A stretch of 26,865 nt of DNA from a virus (taxonomy: Duplodnaviria > Caudoviricetes). This document shows positions 9,575 through 19,887 of this stretch, piece by piece (position 1 is the stretch's first letter; each line of letters opens with the position of its first letter). The translations under genes were made by a program, and so were the position numbers. The notes beneath the pieces are model-generated. The model was not told the DNA's origin and did not search any database. It saw nothing but the letters and a program-made list of their open reading frames with translations. The DNA is taken from positions 1-26,865 of the IMG/VR virus record IMGVR_UViG_3300002101_000022; one strand, given 5' to 3'.

Positions 9575-9619
9575 AACTATACTCCCTATTCTCTTTAAAT
9601 TAAAGGAGGATTTTTTATT

Positions 9620-9763
9620 ATGGAAAAATTGAATATTGATCCTAAAATTTCAGATACCACCTGCCCATGTTGTAAAAATGAGAAGAACAGATTCTACATA
9701 AAGTTCTATTATGATAAAACATTTCTTCGTTGTGAAGATTGCGGATTCTTTCAAGAAATTTAA
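9620..9763 (+). CDS. 47 aa Zn-ribbon protein (below the ORF-track cutoff)
   Basis: RBS AAAGGAGG; MEKLNID...CPCC...CEDCGF; homolog at 24577. Confidence 0.8.
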   Translation: MEKLNIDPKISDTTCPCCKNEKNRFYIKFYYDKTFLRCEDCGFFQEI

Positions 9764-9765
9764 AA

Positions 9766-9784
9766 TCACATTGGTCGATTGTGA
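9766..9784 (+). promoter_or_regulatory. Hairpin with TTGGTCGAT loop (2 of 4)
   Basis: TCACA-TTGGTCGAT-TGTGA. Confidence 0.6.
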
Positions 9785-9820
9785 ATTAATAACGAAAATA
9801 AATATTGATTGAGGTTATGA

Positions 9821-11143
9821 ATGAATAGTAATCTAATAGATATTTGCTATAAAAAATATAATAAACAACTGAATATGAGCTGGGATTTAATCGCGAGTGA
9901 AAATAACTATGTTTCGGGTGAGGCATTGCGTAGTAAATTTAAAAAGTATCGCAAAGCAAATGGTAATGTTGCTCCAGAACAAGAAGTGGCTATGGTAATA
10001 GATAATGTTGAAGTTAAACCTGAAGTAATCTCTCCTATTCCCCAATACAAATCTTCGACAGAAGTAAAAAATGATGGTTCTCAAATTTCTGATAAACTTA
10101 TTGCTATGTCAAATGAAGAATCTAAAGATGTAAAATTCATCTTAGAATCTCATGGATATAATCCTCAAGGATGGGAATTGACATCTGCAAAAAATAGTAT
10201 TTGGAATGTAAATACTAAAGAAGATGGAATTAAGACTCTTTACTCTTCCAAGATTGCAGTAAAACCTAAAACTGCATACGCATGGAATGAAGAAGATGCT
10301 AAAAAAGTCTTTGCTAGTTTAAAAACAGATACAAATAATAAAGTAAATATAAAACCATTACAATATAAACAGAATGGAAAATTATTAGTCCTCCCTATTG
10401 CTGATTTTCATTTGAATCTATTGTCAGATAAATTATCAACAGGAAACGATTATAATATGGAGATTGCAGAAGAATTATTCTTCCATGTAATTAATGATGT
10501 AATAGATAGAGTTGATAATAAATCTTATGAAAAGGTTTTATTTGTTGTTGGAAATGATTTTGTCAATGCTGATAATTTGAGTGGCACTACTACTCATGGA
10601 ACTCCACAAGATAACTCAAGTTCATGGTTTAAAGCAGTAGAAAAAGCTACACAATTAATTATTAAAGCAACTGACATGTTGACTCTAATTGCTCCTGTAG
10701 ATGTTGTTCTAGTGCCTTCTAATCATGATTTACATACGATGTTTGGAGTAATGCAGACAATTGAAGCATGGTACAGAAATGATAAGAATGTGAGTATTGA
10801 TTCTAGTCCTTTACCAAGAAAATATTACAAGTTTGGTAAGATGTTAATTGCTTTATCTCACGATATGAAGGTAAAAGATGCTTTAAGGATTATTACTACT
10901 GAAGCAAAAAGTATGTGGAGTGATTGTGAGCATATTGTACTTTTATTGGCCCATTTACATCAGAGTATGGAATATGAAAAGCAAGGATATTTAGAGATAT
11001 TAAGATTGCCTTGTATTTCTGGTTGGTCAAGATGGAGCAATGACAAAGGCTATGTTCAGACTGAAAAGAAGAATCAGACATTTAATGTTGATAGTCAATT
11101 AGGTATTACTGATATTTTGAATACTGTAATTGAGTTGGGTTAA
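9821..11143 (+). CDS. YonJ-like calcineurin-type metallophosphoesterase
   Basis: ADFH, GND, SNHD, SHD and HLH metal-ligand motifs. Confidence 0.8.
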   Translation: MNSNLIDICYKKYNKQLNMSWDLIASENNYVSGEALRSKFKKYRKANGNVAPEQEVAMVIDNVEVKPEVISPIPQYKSSTEVKNDGSQISDKLIAMSNEESKDVKFILESHGYNPQGWELTSAKNSIWNVNTKEDGIKTLYSSKIAVKPKTAYAWNEEDAKKVFASLKTDTNNKVNIKPLQYKQNGKLLVLPIADFHLNLLSDKLSTGNDYNMEIAEELFFHVINDVIDRVDNKSYEKVLFVVGNDFVNADNLSGTTTHGTPQDNSSSWFKAVEKATQLIIKATDMLTLIAPVDVVLVPSNHDLHTMFGVMQTIEAWYRNDKNVSIDSSPLPRKYYKFGKMLIALSHDMKVKDALRIITTEAKSMWSDCEHIVLLLAHLHQSMEYEKQGYLEILRLPCISGWSRWSNDKGYVQTEKKNQTFNVDSQLGITDILNTVIELG

Positions 11144-11175
11144 ATAAAATTAAAAGATAGAGTGAGGATTAACTT

Positions 11176-11775
11176 ATGGCTGAAATGGGTGCTCTTGATA
11201 TTAATGAACTTGTTGCACAATTAAGTGAAAGTGCTGACCCAGTAATGTATCAGTATTTCAAGAATCTTAATAAAAGAACTATTATCATTAATGAAGGAAT
11301 TTCAGATACAGTAATTGAAACTGTATGCTTGCCTTTAATGGAAATGGATACTGATGGTACTGGGAAAGAAATTAATATTCTTCTCAACAGCGTAGGGGGC
11401 GAAGTTCACAACGGATTATTTCTCTGCGACTTAATATCTAAACTTAAAACAAAGACAACTATTACTGTAATGGCTTATGCGTACAGCATGGGTAGTCTTA
11501 TAATCATGGCAGGATTTAATAATCCAAATGTAACTGTAAAATGTCATTATTTCACAACAGCATTAATCCATAGTGGGAGCACATATTTAGAAGGTACTAC
11601 CACTCAAGTAAAGGATTACTTTAAATTCAGTGAGAAATATGAGGGTAAAATTAAAGAATATATTCTCTCTCATACAAAAATTACTGAAGAACAATATGAA
11701 AAAATGTCTCGGTATGAGTGGTACATGACAAGTGAAGAAATGTTAGAATATGGACTTGTAGACGAGATTCTTTAA
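11176..11775 (+). CDS. clpP: ClpP-family protease
   Basis: LNSVGG, AYSMGS (catalytic Ser), LIH (His), YGLVDEI. Confidence 0.85.
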   Translation: MAEMGALDINELVAQLSESADPVMYQYFKNLNKRTIIINEGISDTVIETVCLPLMEMDTDGTGKEINILLNSVGGEVHNGLFLCDLISKLKTKTTITVMAYAYSMGSLIIMAGFNNPNVTVKCHYFTTALIHSGSTYLEGTTTQVKDYFKFSEKYEGKIKEYILSHTKITEEQYEKMSRYEWYMTSEEMLEYGLVDEIL

Positions 11776-11830
11776 GTTTGCTGTAATTAATTACATTAAA
11801 ATAAAATAATAAAAGGTGGATAATATAAAT

Positions 11831-12328
11831 ATGCGTATCTTCAAAAATGAATCAATCTTCAATCAAGAAACTCAGGACTGGGAAGAGTATTACTCAATTG
11901 ATTCAGAACAGGTATCGGTTGACGTTTATAGTGAACAAGTAGAAATTGAAGAGCTTGCTACTGAAGATGATAACATTGAGAATGTAATTCCTTGTGATTG
12001 CGTATTCTGCCAACATCAACGTGAATTAGAGCGTCAGGATGAAGTACAAGAGCAAGAAGAAATTCAACCGTCATGTGATGGGAATTGTGCTGAGTGTGAT
12101 AGTGAGGACAGAGAAGAAGATTATCCAGATTGTGAATGCGAAGAATGCAAAGCAGAAAGAAAAGTTGATCTTTTAGCAGAAGCAGTTAGTAATATTTTAG
12201 AGGGAGTCTGTTGCCCTCAATGTTTGTTTGAGTTGCTTGAAAATGTTTATGATATTGCTCATTTAGAAGGTTTTGATGAAGGTGTGCAAACGATTAAAGA
12301 TGAGATACATGAATTTATTGGTGGCTAG
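11831..12328 (+). CDS. Very acidic, Cys-rich hypothetical protein
   Basis: RBS AAGGTGG favours ATG 11831; CDCVFC, CDGNCAEC, CECEEC, CCPQC. Confidence 0.75.
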   Translation: MRIFKNESIFNQETQDWEEYYSIDSEQVSVDVYSEQVEIEELATEDDNIENVIPCDCVFCQHQRELERQDEVQEQEEIQPSCDGNCAECDSEDREEDYPDCECEECKAERKVDLLAEAVSNILEGVCCPQCLFELLENVYDIAHLEGFDEGVQTIKDEIHEFIGG

Positions 12329-12362
12329 GCTTTAACTTAAAATAAAAGGAGGTTGAATCCCG

Positions 12363-12587
12363 ATGAAAGAAATTGAGGTTCAAACTGAGAATAGTGATAA
12401 AGAGATAATAAAGAGTAGCATTATTAAGATTGATGAGAATTCTGATAGGATTAAAGTTATTGTTTCTGTTGATGGCAATTTAGAATATCTTACTAAAATT
12501 CATGCACATATTGTAAAAGCACTTGAGGATAATTCAAAGGTCATTACAGTTCCTAGTTTTGTAAAGATTAATACGATTAAGGTATAA
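12363..12587 (+). CDS. Hypothetical protein
   Basis: 74 aa, RBS AAGGAGG. Confidence 0.8.
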   Translation: MKEIEVQTENSDKEIIKSSIIKIDENSDRIKVIVSVDGNLEYLTKIHAHIVKALEDNSKVITVPSFVKINTIKV

Positions 12588-12617
12588 GGTTATAGTTTTT
12601 GTAGTTTTGTGAGTTAT

Positions 12618-12645
12618 AAGGAGCTTGAGAAATCAGGCTTCTTTT
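12618..12645 (+). terminator. Intrinsic terminator
   Basis: AAGGAGCTTGA-GAAA-TCAGGCTTCTT then T-rich. Confidence 0.65.
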
Positions 12646-12672
12646 GTGTTTACAAAAATATTTGTGGACTAG

Positions 12673-12766
12673 GAAGATAGGTATAGATTCGGGGTCATGT
12701 CTGAGTCTCTGCACACCTATCTTCTTTATATTTTTAAGTGCAGATAAATAAATGTGCAGAAAGAGG
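12673..12766 (+). promoter_or_regulatory. Structured leader of the HNH-like gene
   Basis: GAAGATAGGT/ACCTATCTTC outer stem, AGATTCGG/CTGAGTCT inner stem, TCTGCACA complementary to TGTGCAGA beside the RBS. Confidence 0.55.
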
Positions 12767-12774
12767 TTTTTAAA

Positions 12775-13818
12775 ATGAGCAAAAGTAAGAATAGTGTTGA
12801 TTGGTCTGATAATGATTTACAGATTATTAGAGATAATTATGATTTCAAAACTACCAAAGAAATAATACCATTATTGTCTACGAAGCGAACTGAAAGAGCA
12901 GTTAGGCATAAGGTGCAAATATTGGGATTAAGAAAGATGGAAAGTTATATAGGTGACTATGAGAATCTAAAATATAAAATTATAGATAATAATCTTAATA
13001 AATATTGTAAGTCGTGTAAGAGATATCTACCTATGGCATATGATTATTTCCCAAAAGATACACATTGCACTGACAGTTTTAGGAATGTTTGTAGGGAATG
13101 TAAAGGAGGAAATTTTAGGATTGAATCTAATATTCATATATGGACAGAGGTAGAATGTCATTTATTGATGAAACATTATCCTAACTTTTCTAATAAGGAA
13201 CTTATTAATACATATTTCAATTGTATAAATATCGCCCAAATAGTTCGTAAAGCTTACCAATTAAAAATTCAAAAAAGTAAAGATACTTTAGATAAAATGT
13301 ATAAGGAAATCGGTAAATTTAATTCTGATAGATTAGAAGGAACGGATAAGTGGAAAAGTGAAGACAATCCTCAGTATAATAGCAAAAGATTCGGTTCAAT
13401 AAATCATAATTATAATGGTGGAATTAGTGCATTATATCAGGAATTGAGAAGGAACATAAAGCAATGGAAGATAGACAGCATAGAGAATGGAAATTATGTT
13501 AGCGTCTTAACTGGTAACAGATTCGATGTTGTACACCATCTGTATTCATTTGGTAATATCGTTAAAGACACTTTAACTGAAACTGGATTGCCATTATATG
13601 AAGACATATCTTTCTATTCAAATGAAGAGATAAAACAGTTAATAGACAAATGTATTGAGATTCATTATAGGCATCCTCTAGGAGTTTGTTTAGAAGAAAA
13701 GTATCATGCTAAATTCCATGAAGAATTTGGATATGGAAGTAATACGGAAGATCAATTTTATGAGTTCCTAGATAATTATTATAATGGAAAATATAAATAT
13801 TTAGAGGAAATAATCTAA
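12775..13818 (+). CDS. Free-standing HNH-like endonuclease with Myb-like repeats and a Zn finger
   Basis: WSDNDL and WTEVEC repeats, CKSC..CREC, C-terminal VHHL...GVCL...HAKFH; RBS AAAGAGG before ATG 12775. Confidence 0.65.
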   Translation: MSKSKNSVDWSDNDLQIIRDNYDFKTTKEIIPLLSTKRTERAVRHKVQILGLRKMESYIGDYENLKYKIIDNNLNKYCKSCKRYLPMAYDYFPKDTHCTDSFRNVCRECKGGNFRIESNIHIWTEVECHLLMKHYPNFSNKELINTYFNCINIAQIVRKAYQLKIQKSKDTLDKMYKEIGKFNSDRLEGTDKWKSEDNPQYNSKRFGSINHNYNGGISALYQELRRNIKQWKIDSIENGNYVSVLTGNRFDVVHHLYSFGNIVKDTLTETGLPLYEDISFYSNEEIKQLIDKCIEIHYRHPLGVCLEEKYHAKFHEEFGYGSNTEDQFYEFLDNYYNGKYKYLEEII

Positions 13819-13832
13819 GGGAGAAATAATAT

Positions 13833-14669
13833 ATGGCAACAAAACTTAAAATTAAACGCAATGAAATTACTTGCACTAAATGTGGAATAATTAGAACTAC
13901 AAATATAACTAACTACTTTAAAACAGAGAACCCTTTATATAACGGATTCTTTCCTACATGTAAAAGTTGTATATACGAACTATATCTCTCTCATATAGAA
14001 GATGGTTTAAATGCTAGAGAAGCAACAATTAAAATTTGTGAATTATTAGACAAACCATATATAAACGATGTTTTCTATAGTACATATGAAAAGGATAAAG
14101 ATAGTGAAAAAATTTTAGGTATTTATTTTAAAAATTCCTCAATGCCACAATATCGCAAACAAGGGCTTCTAAGATATAAAGATAGTATATTTGAAACACA
14201 AAATTCTAATAGCCATTCAAATACGACAGATATACAACAAGGTAATGGAGAAAAAACATATAGTAAACTTTGGATGGGTAATTATGTAAGAACAGATATT
14301 GAGTATTTGGACAACTATCTAAGAGGACTGCATAGTGATTTTAAAATCGTAACAGAAAATCATAAAGACTATGCAAAAAAGATAGCAAAAGCTAGTTTAC
14401 ATATGGATAAATGTTTTCAAGAGATGCTATTGGGTACTCCACAGTCCGACAAAAGATATAAAGACGCTAGGGAAACATTCGATACACTATCCAAATCAGC
14501 TCAATTTTCAGAGCAAACTAGAGGACAGAATGATATTAGTTTAGGTTGTTTTGGAGTTTTATTTGAAAGAGTAGAACAAAAGAAATGGGTACACCAACAT
14601 ACACCTGTAGAAAAAGATGATTATGATAAAATGATTGAATATTTTTCAACCATTAATAAGTCCGTTTAA
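13833..14669 (+). CDS. YonG-like Zn-finger protein, putative terminase small subunit
   Basis: CTKC..CKSC; directly upstream of the large terminase. Confidence 0.55.
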   Translation: MATKLKIKRNEITCTKCGIIRTTNITNYFKTENPLYNGFFPTCKSCIYELYLSHIEDGLNAREATIKICELLDKPYINDVFYSTYEKDKDSEKILGIYFKNSSMPQYRKQGLLRYKDSIFETQNSNSHSNTTDIQQGNGEKTYSKLWMGNYVRTDIEYLDNYLRGLHSDFKIVTENHKDYAKKIAKASLHMDKCFQEMLLGTPQSDKRYKDARETFDTLSKSAQFSEQTRGQNDISLGCFGVLFERVEQKKWVHQHTPVEKDDYDKMIEYFSTINKSV

Positions 14670-14681
14670 GGATGTGGTATT

Positions 14682-15918
14682 TTGACTATACATTCTAATT
14701 TCAGCAAGAAGAGTAGAATAGTAAAAGACGGATCAATGGATGATTTTGATAGTGCAATGAGTCATGACCCCATGAATGAAGAGAATATAAATATTGATGA
14801 ATGGGTAGAATTCATATCTTATTATCGCTATTACATAGATGAATTTGCAGTAGATGTTTTAGGATTGAGATTATATCCATTCCAGCGTCTTATATTAAGG
14901 GCTATGGCTAGATATCAGAACTCTATGTTTATTGCTTGTCGTGGCCTCGGTAAAAGTTACTTGACAGCAGTATTTTTCATATGTATAGCTATTCTCTACC
15001 CAAATATCAAGCTTGGCATAGCTAGTGGAAATGGACAGCAAGCACGTAATGTAATTATCCAAAAAATAAAAGGTGAATTAATAAAGAATGAGAATATATC
15101 AAGAGAAATAAATTTTCCAATTAAAACAGGTTCAGATGATTGTGTTGTTTGCTTTAAAAATGGTTCTGAAATTAGAGCAATTGTATTGGCTCAGAATCAA
15201 GGTGGAGACTCAGCTCGTTCGTGGAGATTTTCATATATATTAATAGATGAAGCAAAATTGGTTCGAGATTCTATCACAGAAGAAATCCTAATTCCGATGA
15301 CAAAGACTAAGAGACAGGCTGCTATATATCATAATATGCCTGAAAAAGGTAAAGTTATTTTTATATCATCTGCTCATTTGAAAATAACAGACTTATATAA
15401 GAGGTTTATATATCACTATAATAAAATGACAGAAGGGTCAAAGGATTATTATGTTTGCACTTTGCCTTATCAGGTTGGAGTTCAAGCTGGAATATTTGAA
15501 GAGGATGACATTTTAAAAGAGTTAGACAAACCTACAATGTCAAAAGATAAGTTTGATTATGAGTATAACGCAGTATTTGTAGGGTCTAGTGGTGAGAGTT
15601 ATTATCCCTATGAATTAACTAGCCCATGTAGGAAGCTTGAGAAGTGTGAATCTGAACAACCTAAAAAAACCACTAATCAATATATTATAGTACATGACGT
15701 TGCTATATCTAAATCAAAAGGTTCGGATAATGCATCAACTCACGTAATAAAATTAAAACCTAAACCAAACGGAACATATATTAAGGAAGTTGTATATAGT
15801 AAAATTCAAAATGGAATGCCATTACCTAAACAAATGGAATTTCTACGCGAATTAGTACATATCAAATTTCCAAACTGCATCAAGCTAGTAATTGATGTTA
15901 GAGGCAATGGAGAACCAT
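14682..15918 (+). CDS. terL: Terminase large subunit (YonF-like), exon 1
   Basis: LYPFQ, Walker A CRGLGKS, Walker B ILIDEA, FISSA, nuclease HDVA and DVRGNG. Confidence 0.9.
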
Positions 15919-17257
15919 TAACAGTAGTGGCGTAAGTCAGTGATGACTTAATGAAAACCTCGTGAATTTCTGGAAAGTCCTATTATATATTCTTTAATCC
16001 TACATATGATATAATATGGAGGAAGGAGGTATTTATAATGCTAGAAAACACTAAAAAGTGTAATAGATGCAATAATAAATATCCTGCTACAAAAGAATTT
16101 TTCTATTCCGATAAATCTAAAAAAGATGGGTTAACAACACTTTGCAAAACTTGTAAGGCTAATAGGGAAGTTATATATTCTGAAAACGATATTGGTAAAA
16201 TAATAGATTCTAGTGATACTTGTAAAGTTGGTATTTATAAAATAACCAACCTTAAAAATAACTTAATTTATATTGGAAGTACCGTAAATTTATATAGAAG
16301 GAAAAATGAGCATTTAAAAGAATTGAGAAATAATAAGCATCATAATGCTCATATACAAAATTCCTTTAATAAATACGGAGAAGATATATTTGAATTTACA
16401 ATTCAAGATATTGTTTTTGACTTAGAGTTCCTTATAGAAAGGGAACAGTTTTGGATTGATTTTTATAAAAGCAATGATAAAACTATAGGATATAACATTA
16501 GAGAAAAAGCCGAAAGTAATGTTAATTTACTTGCTTCAGATACAACAAGGCAAAGAATATCTAACGCAAATAAAGGTCATATAGTAAGTGAAGAAACAAA
16601 AATAAAATTATCAATTGCTAATAAGGGTAAAAGTCGTACAAAATCTAAAGAAACAAGGCTTAAATTGTCAATTGCGAATAAAGGAAAAGTATTTTCTCAG
16701 GATACTAAATATAAAATGAGTGTAGCTAGAAAAGAATATCTTACCAAGAACCCTATTACCGATAACGAGAGAAAAGCTAGAAGTAAAAGAATGGTGGGAG
16801 AAAATAATCCTAATTATGGCAAGACTGCTTCTGATGAAACTATTTTAAAGTATAGCAAACAAGTATTGCAATATGATAAGGATAACAATTTTATCAGAGA
16901 GTATATAAGTATAAATGCCACCAAACAATATGGATTTGACCCATCTTCGGTTGCAAAATGTTGTAAAAGTAAATTAAAACATCATAAAGGATATTATTGG
17001 GTATATAAGGATAATCAGAAGCCAAGCTCCTTAACAGGAGAAGGTTCAACGACTATCGAAAACACTAATTGACAACAGGTAAATAATAAGGTCGATTAGG
17101 AAGTGAGTAGAGTACACCATAAGCGATTGATGGTGGAAGTGCGAGGGTTCTTATCTTTAACCTAATAGATAAGAATATGATATAGTCTGACCTTTATAGG
17201 TAACTATAAGAAGTTATAAAACTATATAGATTTAGCGATTCTATATGAACATACGTG
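15919..17257 (+). mobile_element. Group I intron (IA-like, 1339 nt) in terL
   Basis: 5' exon ends in U, intron ends in G; IGS GTAGTGG pairs with ligated CCAT|TAC; P7 GACTA (17051)/TAGTC (17183); P3 ACCTCGT/GCGAGGG; splicing restores the frame. Confidence 0.9.
16038..17072 (+). CDS. Intron-encoded GIY-YIG homing endonuclease
   Basis: GIYKI...IYIGS, EREQFWI, NUMOD3-like SEETKIKLSIANKG repeats, NUMOD1-like C-terminus, N-terminal CNRC..CKTC; RBS AAGGAGG. Confidence 0.92.
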   Translation: MLENTKKCNRCNNKYPATKEFFYSDKSKKDGLTTLCKTCKANREVIYSENDIGKIIDSSDTCKVGIYKITNLKNNLIYIGSTVNLYRRKNEHLKELRNNKHHNAHIQNSFNKYGEDIFEFTIQDIVFDLEFLIEREQFWIDFYKSNDKTIGYNIREKAESNVNLLASDTTRQRISNANKGHIVSEETKIKLSIANKGKSRTKSKETRLKLSIANKGKVFSQDTKYKMSVARKEYLTKNPITDNERKARSKRMVGENNPNYGKTASDETILKYSKQVLQYDKDNNFIREYISINATKQYGFDPSSVAKCCKSKLKHHKGYYWVYKDNQKPSSLTGEGSTTIENTN

Positions 17258-17775
17258 TACCTTCATTATTCTATGAAACTTGGGAATATACAGACCCTAA
17301 AACAAAAGTAGTGACAGAGTTCCCTCCATTAGTTTTAGAAGATGACCCAGATGGCTTATCTTTAGTCGGTGCAATTCCTCTTATTAAGGGAATTACAGCA
17401 ACTGTCATCAGTAATAATACAATGTATTCTTATCTTAAAGCATGTTTTGAAGATATGTCTATACGTCTACTATTACCTTCTGAAGAAGTTGACTCTTTAT
17501 ATAAAATGGGAGATATGACTGCTGAAGAAATGGTAAATTATATTCAGACAGATATATTAATGCAGGAATTAAGCAATATAAAACAAGACGTAAGTGGTAA
17601 ATCAAATAATATAATTTATGATCGTATTGTTCAAACTAAAAAGCGTGATAGGGTAACTTCACTTGCATACGGTATGTCATTAGTATGTGAAATGGAAATG
17701 GAAAATAGAAAATCATTACACCAAGACCATTCTGATGCTTTTGAAACTTTAGCATCTTATACTATGTTCTTTTAG
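17258..17775 (+). CDS. terL: Terminase large subunit, exon 2 (spliced product 584 aa)
   Basis: Join reads GNGEP-L-PSLFYETW; KRDRVTSLAY nuclease Asp motif. Confidence 0.88.
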
Positions 17776-17797
17776 CAATACAGAAAGGAGGTAAATA

Positions 17798-19399
17798 ATG
17801 GCTAGAAAGAAAATCACAGAAACCATCTCCCCTTCGGTAGAGACTATTTCAGAAGAAGAGGCATGGGATGTAATTTCCTTCGCAAAACAAATGTCTGGAA
17901 TGTACAATAATATATATACTCCTGATTTAGTAAATGCTAGTATGAGAGATATAAACCTTAATCCCATAGCAGGGACTCAAGATTCTATTGAAAAAGCTTT
18001 AGCAAATCCTAAAGAAAATGAAAAAGAATTAAGAGGTCTTTCTGAATACTTTGAAATGATAGATATGCTGTATAAGCGTCAAATTCAATTCTTAGGAAAT
18101 ATGCTTTCATGGGATTTAACGTATACTTGTACTAATGCTGATAAGAAAGATTATAATACTCCTGCTTATAAAAAAGACGAGAAAATATTAGAAGACTTTT
18201 TACAAAAATTTAATTATAAAAAAGAATTTAAGTCTATTTTACGTCAACTAATTCGTAGAGAAACCATGTATTGTGTTTTTCGTGAAGATGGAGATAAATA
18301 TCTTCTTCAGGAGTTGAATACTGATTATTGCAAAATAACTGGACGATGGGATTCAGGATTCTTATGGGATTTTGACTATACTTACTTCCTATCTCAACCG
18401 GGAGTAGATATTCAGATGTATCCAAAAGTAATGCAAAAGCAATATTTAGGAATGCTGAAAACTAATAGTCAAAAATATATTCCTCACAATTCGATAGAAA
18501 GTAGAAATTCTTCTTTTATTTACTGGAGACAGACTAGCCCAGTAGATGGATTTTGGTGCTTTAAATTTAATCCAGAACTTGCTACGAATGTGCCATTTTT
18601 TGCCCCTCTATTTTCAGAGTTAGTAATTAGACCAATGGTTCGTAAACTTCAAACATCAAAATATATTGTTGAAGCAAGCAAAGTTTTAATTGGTTTGATA
18701 GGATTCAATAAAGATACAAAGAGTGGTACTGTAAAAGACGCTTTGCAATTAAGTCCTGAGACTGCTGGAAAATTTGCGTCTCTAGTTAGACAAGGATTAG
18801 CAAAGGAAATCAATTTTGCAATAGCACCTTTTGAAGATATTAAATCATTTGAATTTAAGGGTTCTGATAATAACATATTAGACCAATATAATAAAGTAGC
18901 AGTTGCTAGTAGTGGAAATAATTCACGTTTATTATATACTACAGACCGTACTAATGCAGAAGAAAGTCGCAATAGTTTATCTATTGATGAACAAGTTGTT
19001 ACTTTTATGTATCCATATTTTGAAGAATTTATGAATTACTTTGTTAATAGAAAAACACGTAAGTTTAAATTTTCTATCCATTTTGAGGGTACGGAAATGC
19101 CATCAAGTAGAAAAGAAAGACTGGACAACGCAACTGCATTAGCTACAATGGGTATTGTTCTGCCACAGAGCTTCGCAGCCGCACTAGGAAAAAATCCCTT
19201 CACTTTCGAGCGTCAATTAGAAATGGCTAAGGCTAAAGGTTTTGTGGATGGTCTTACTCCTATACTGATGGCTTCTCAAATGAGTGGCAAAGATAGTAAA
19301 GATAATGGTAGACCACAAGCAAAAGCAGGAGAATTAGGAGATTCTGGAACGGCAACTAGAGATGCTGGAAGCAATATTGATAAGGGAGGAAAGGTATGA
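17798..19399 (+). CDS. Portal protein (YonE-like)
   Basis: 533 aa directly after terL; low-complexity C-terminal GRP tail; RBS AAGGAGG. Confidence 0.75.
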   Translation: MARKKITETISPSVETISEEEAWDVISFAKQMSGMYNNIYTPDLVNASMRDINLNPIAGTQDSIEKALANPKENEKELRGLSEYFEMIDMLYKRQIQFLGNMLSWDLTYTCTNADKKDYNTPAYKKDEKILEDFLQKFNYKKEFKSILRQLIRRETMYCVFREDGDKYLLQELNTDYCKITGRWDSGFLWDFDYTYFLSQPGVDIQMYPKVMQKQYLGMLKTNSQKYIPHNSIESRNSSFIYWRQTSPVDGFWCFKFNPELATNVPFFAPLFSELVIRPMVRKLQTSKYIVEASKVLIGLIGFNKDTKSGTVKDALQLSPETAGKFASLVRQGLAKEINFAIAPFEDIKSFEFKGSDNNILDQYNKVAVASSGNNSRLLYTTDRTNAEESRNSLSIDEQVVTFMYPYFEEFMNYFVNRKTRKFKFSIHFEGTEMPSSRKERLDNATALATMGIVLPQSFAAALGKNPFTFERQLEMAKAKGFVDGLTPILMASQMSGKDSKDNGRPQAKAGELGDSGTATRDAGSNIDKGGKV

Positions 19400-19887
19400 T
19401 TGAACGTGAAAAGCGTTGGAAATTAAAATCAGATCCTCCCTCATCTGATATAAAAGACAAATACACAATCGAACAGACATATGCTAATTTTTCTCCTGAT
19501 GTTCGTATCCGTAAAATCACTAGTTCTGATAATCAAGATACATATTTCCATACAGTCAAGTATCAACTTCAGGATAATACCAGAGAAGAATTAGAACATC
19601 GTATAAGTAAGGAAAGATATGACCGTATTTTTGAAGTTATTGGGAAAACTCCAGTTGTAAAAGAACGAACTATTATTGAATTAAGTGATAGTTTAGTCGC
19701 AGAAATGGATTGCTTTCTTGATACTGGAGATACGATTGTTGAGGTTGAATTTCCGTCTGAAGAATCTATGAATGACTTTGTTGCTCCCGATTGGTTTGGG
19801 AAAGAACTTGAGAAAAACAAATCATTTAGTGTAGAAGAGTTCTGTAGAATTAATAATATTAAGGGTAGTTTGTGGGGTGATTTATAA
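19396..19887 (+). CDS. CYTH-domain (triphosphate tunnel) protein
   Basis: N-terminal ExExxW, RIRK, K.R, VEVEF, PDWFGKE; ATGA overlap with the portal. Confidence 0.85.
   Translation: MIEREKRWKLKSDPPSSDIKDKYTIEQTYANFSPDVRIRKITSSDNQDTYFHTVKYQLQDNTREELEHRISKERYDRIFEVIGKTPVVKERTIIELSDSLVAEMDCFLDTGDTIVEVEFPSEESMNDFVAPDWFGKELEKNKSFSVEEFCRINNIKGSLWGDL

Noticed and set aside
17066-17099. GGTCGAT inside the intron as a fifth hairpin-loop motif
   Set aside because: It is the 3' strand of an intron stem (CTAATTGAC/GTCGATTAG), not a loop
17245-17775. Independent 176-aa gene, or intein/frameshift explanation for the split terminase
   Set aside because: Group I core, IGS pairing and frame restoration identify it as exon 2
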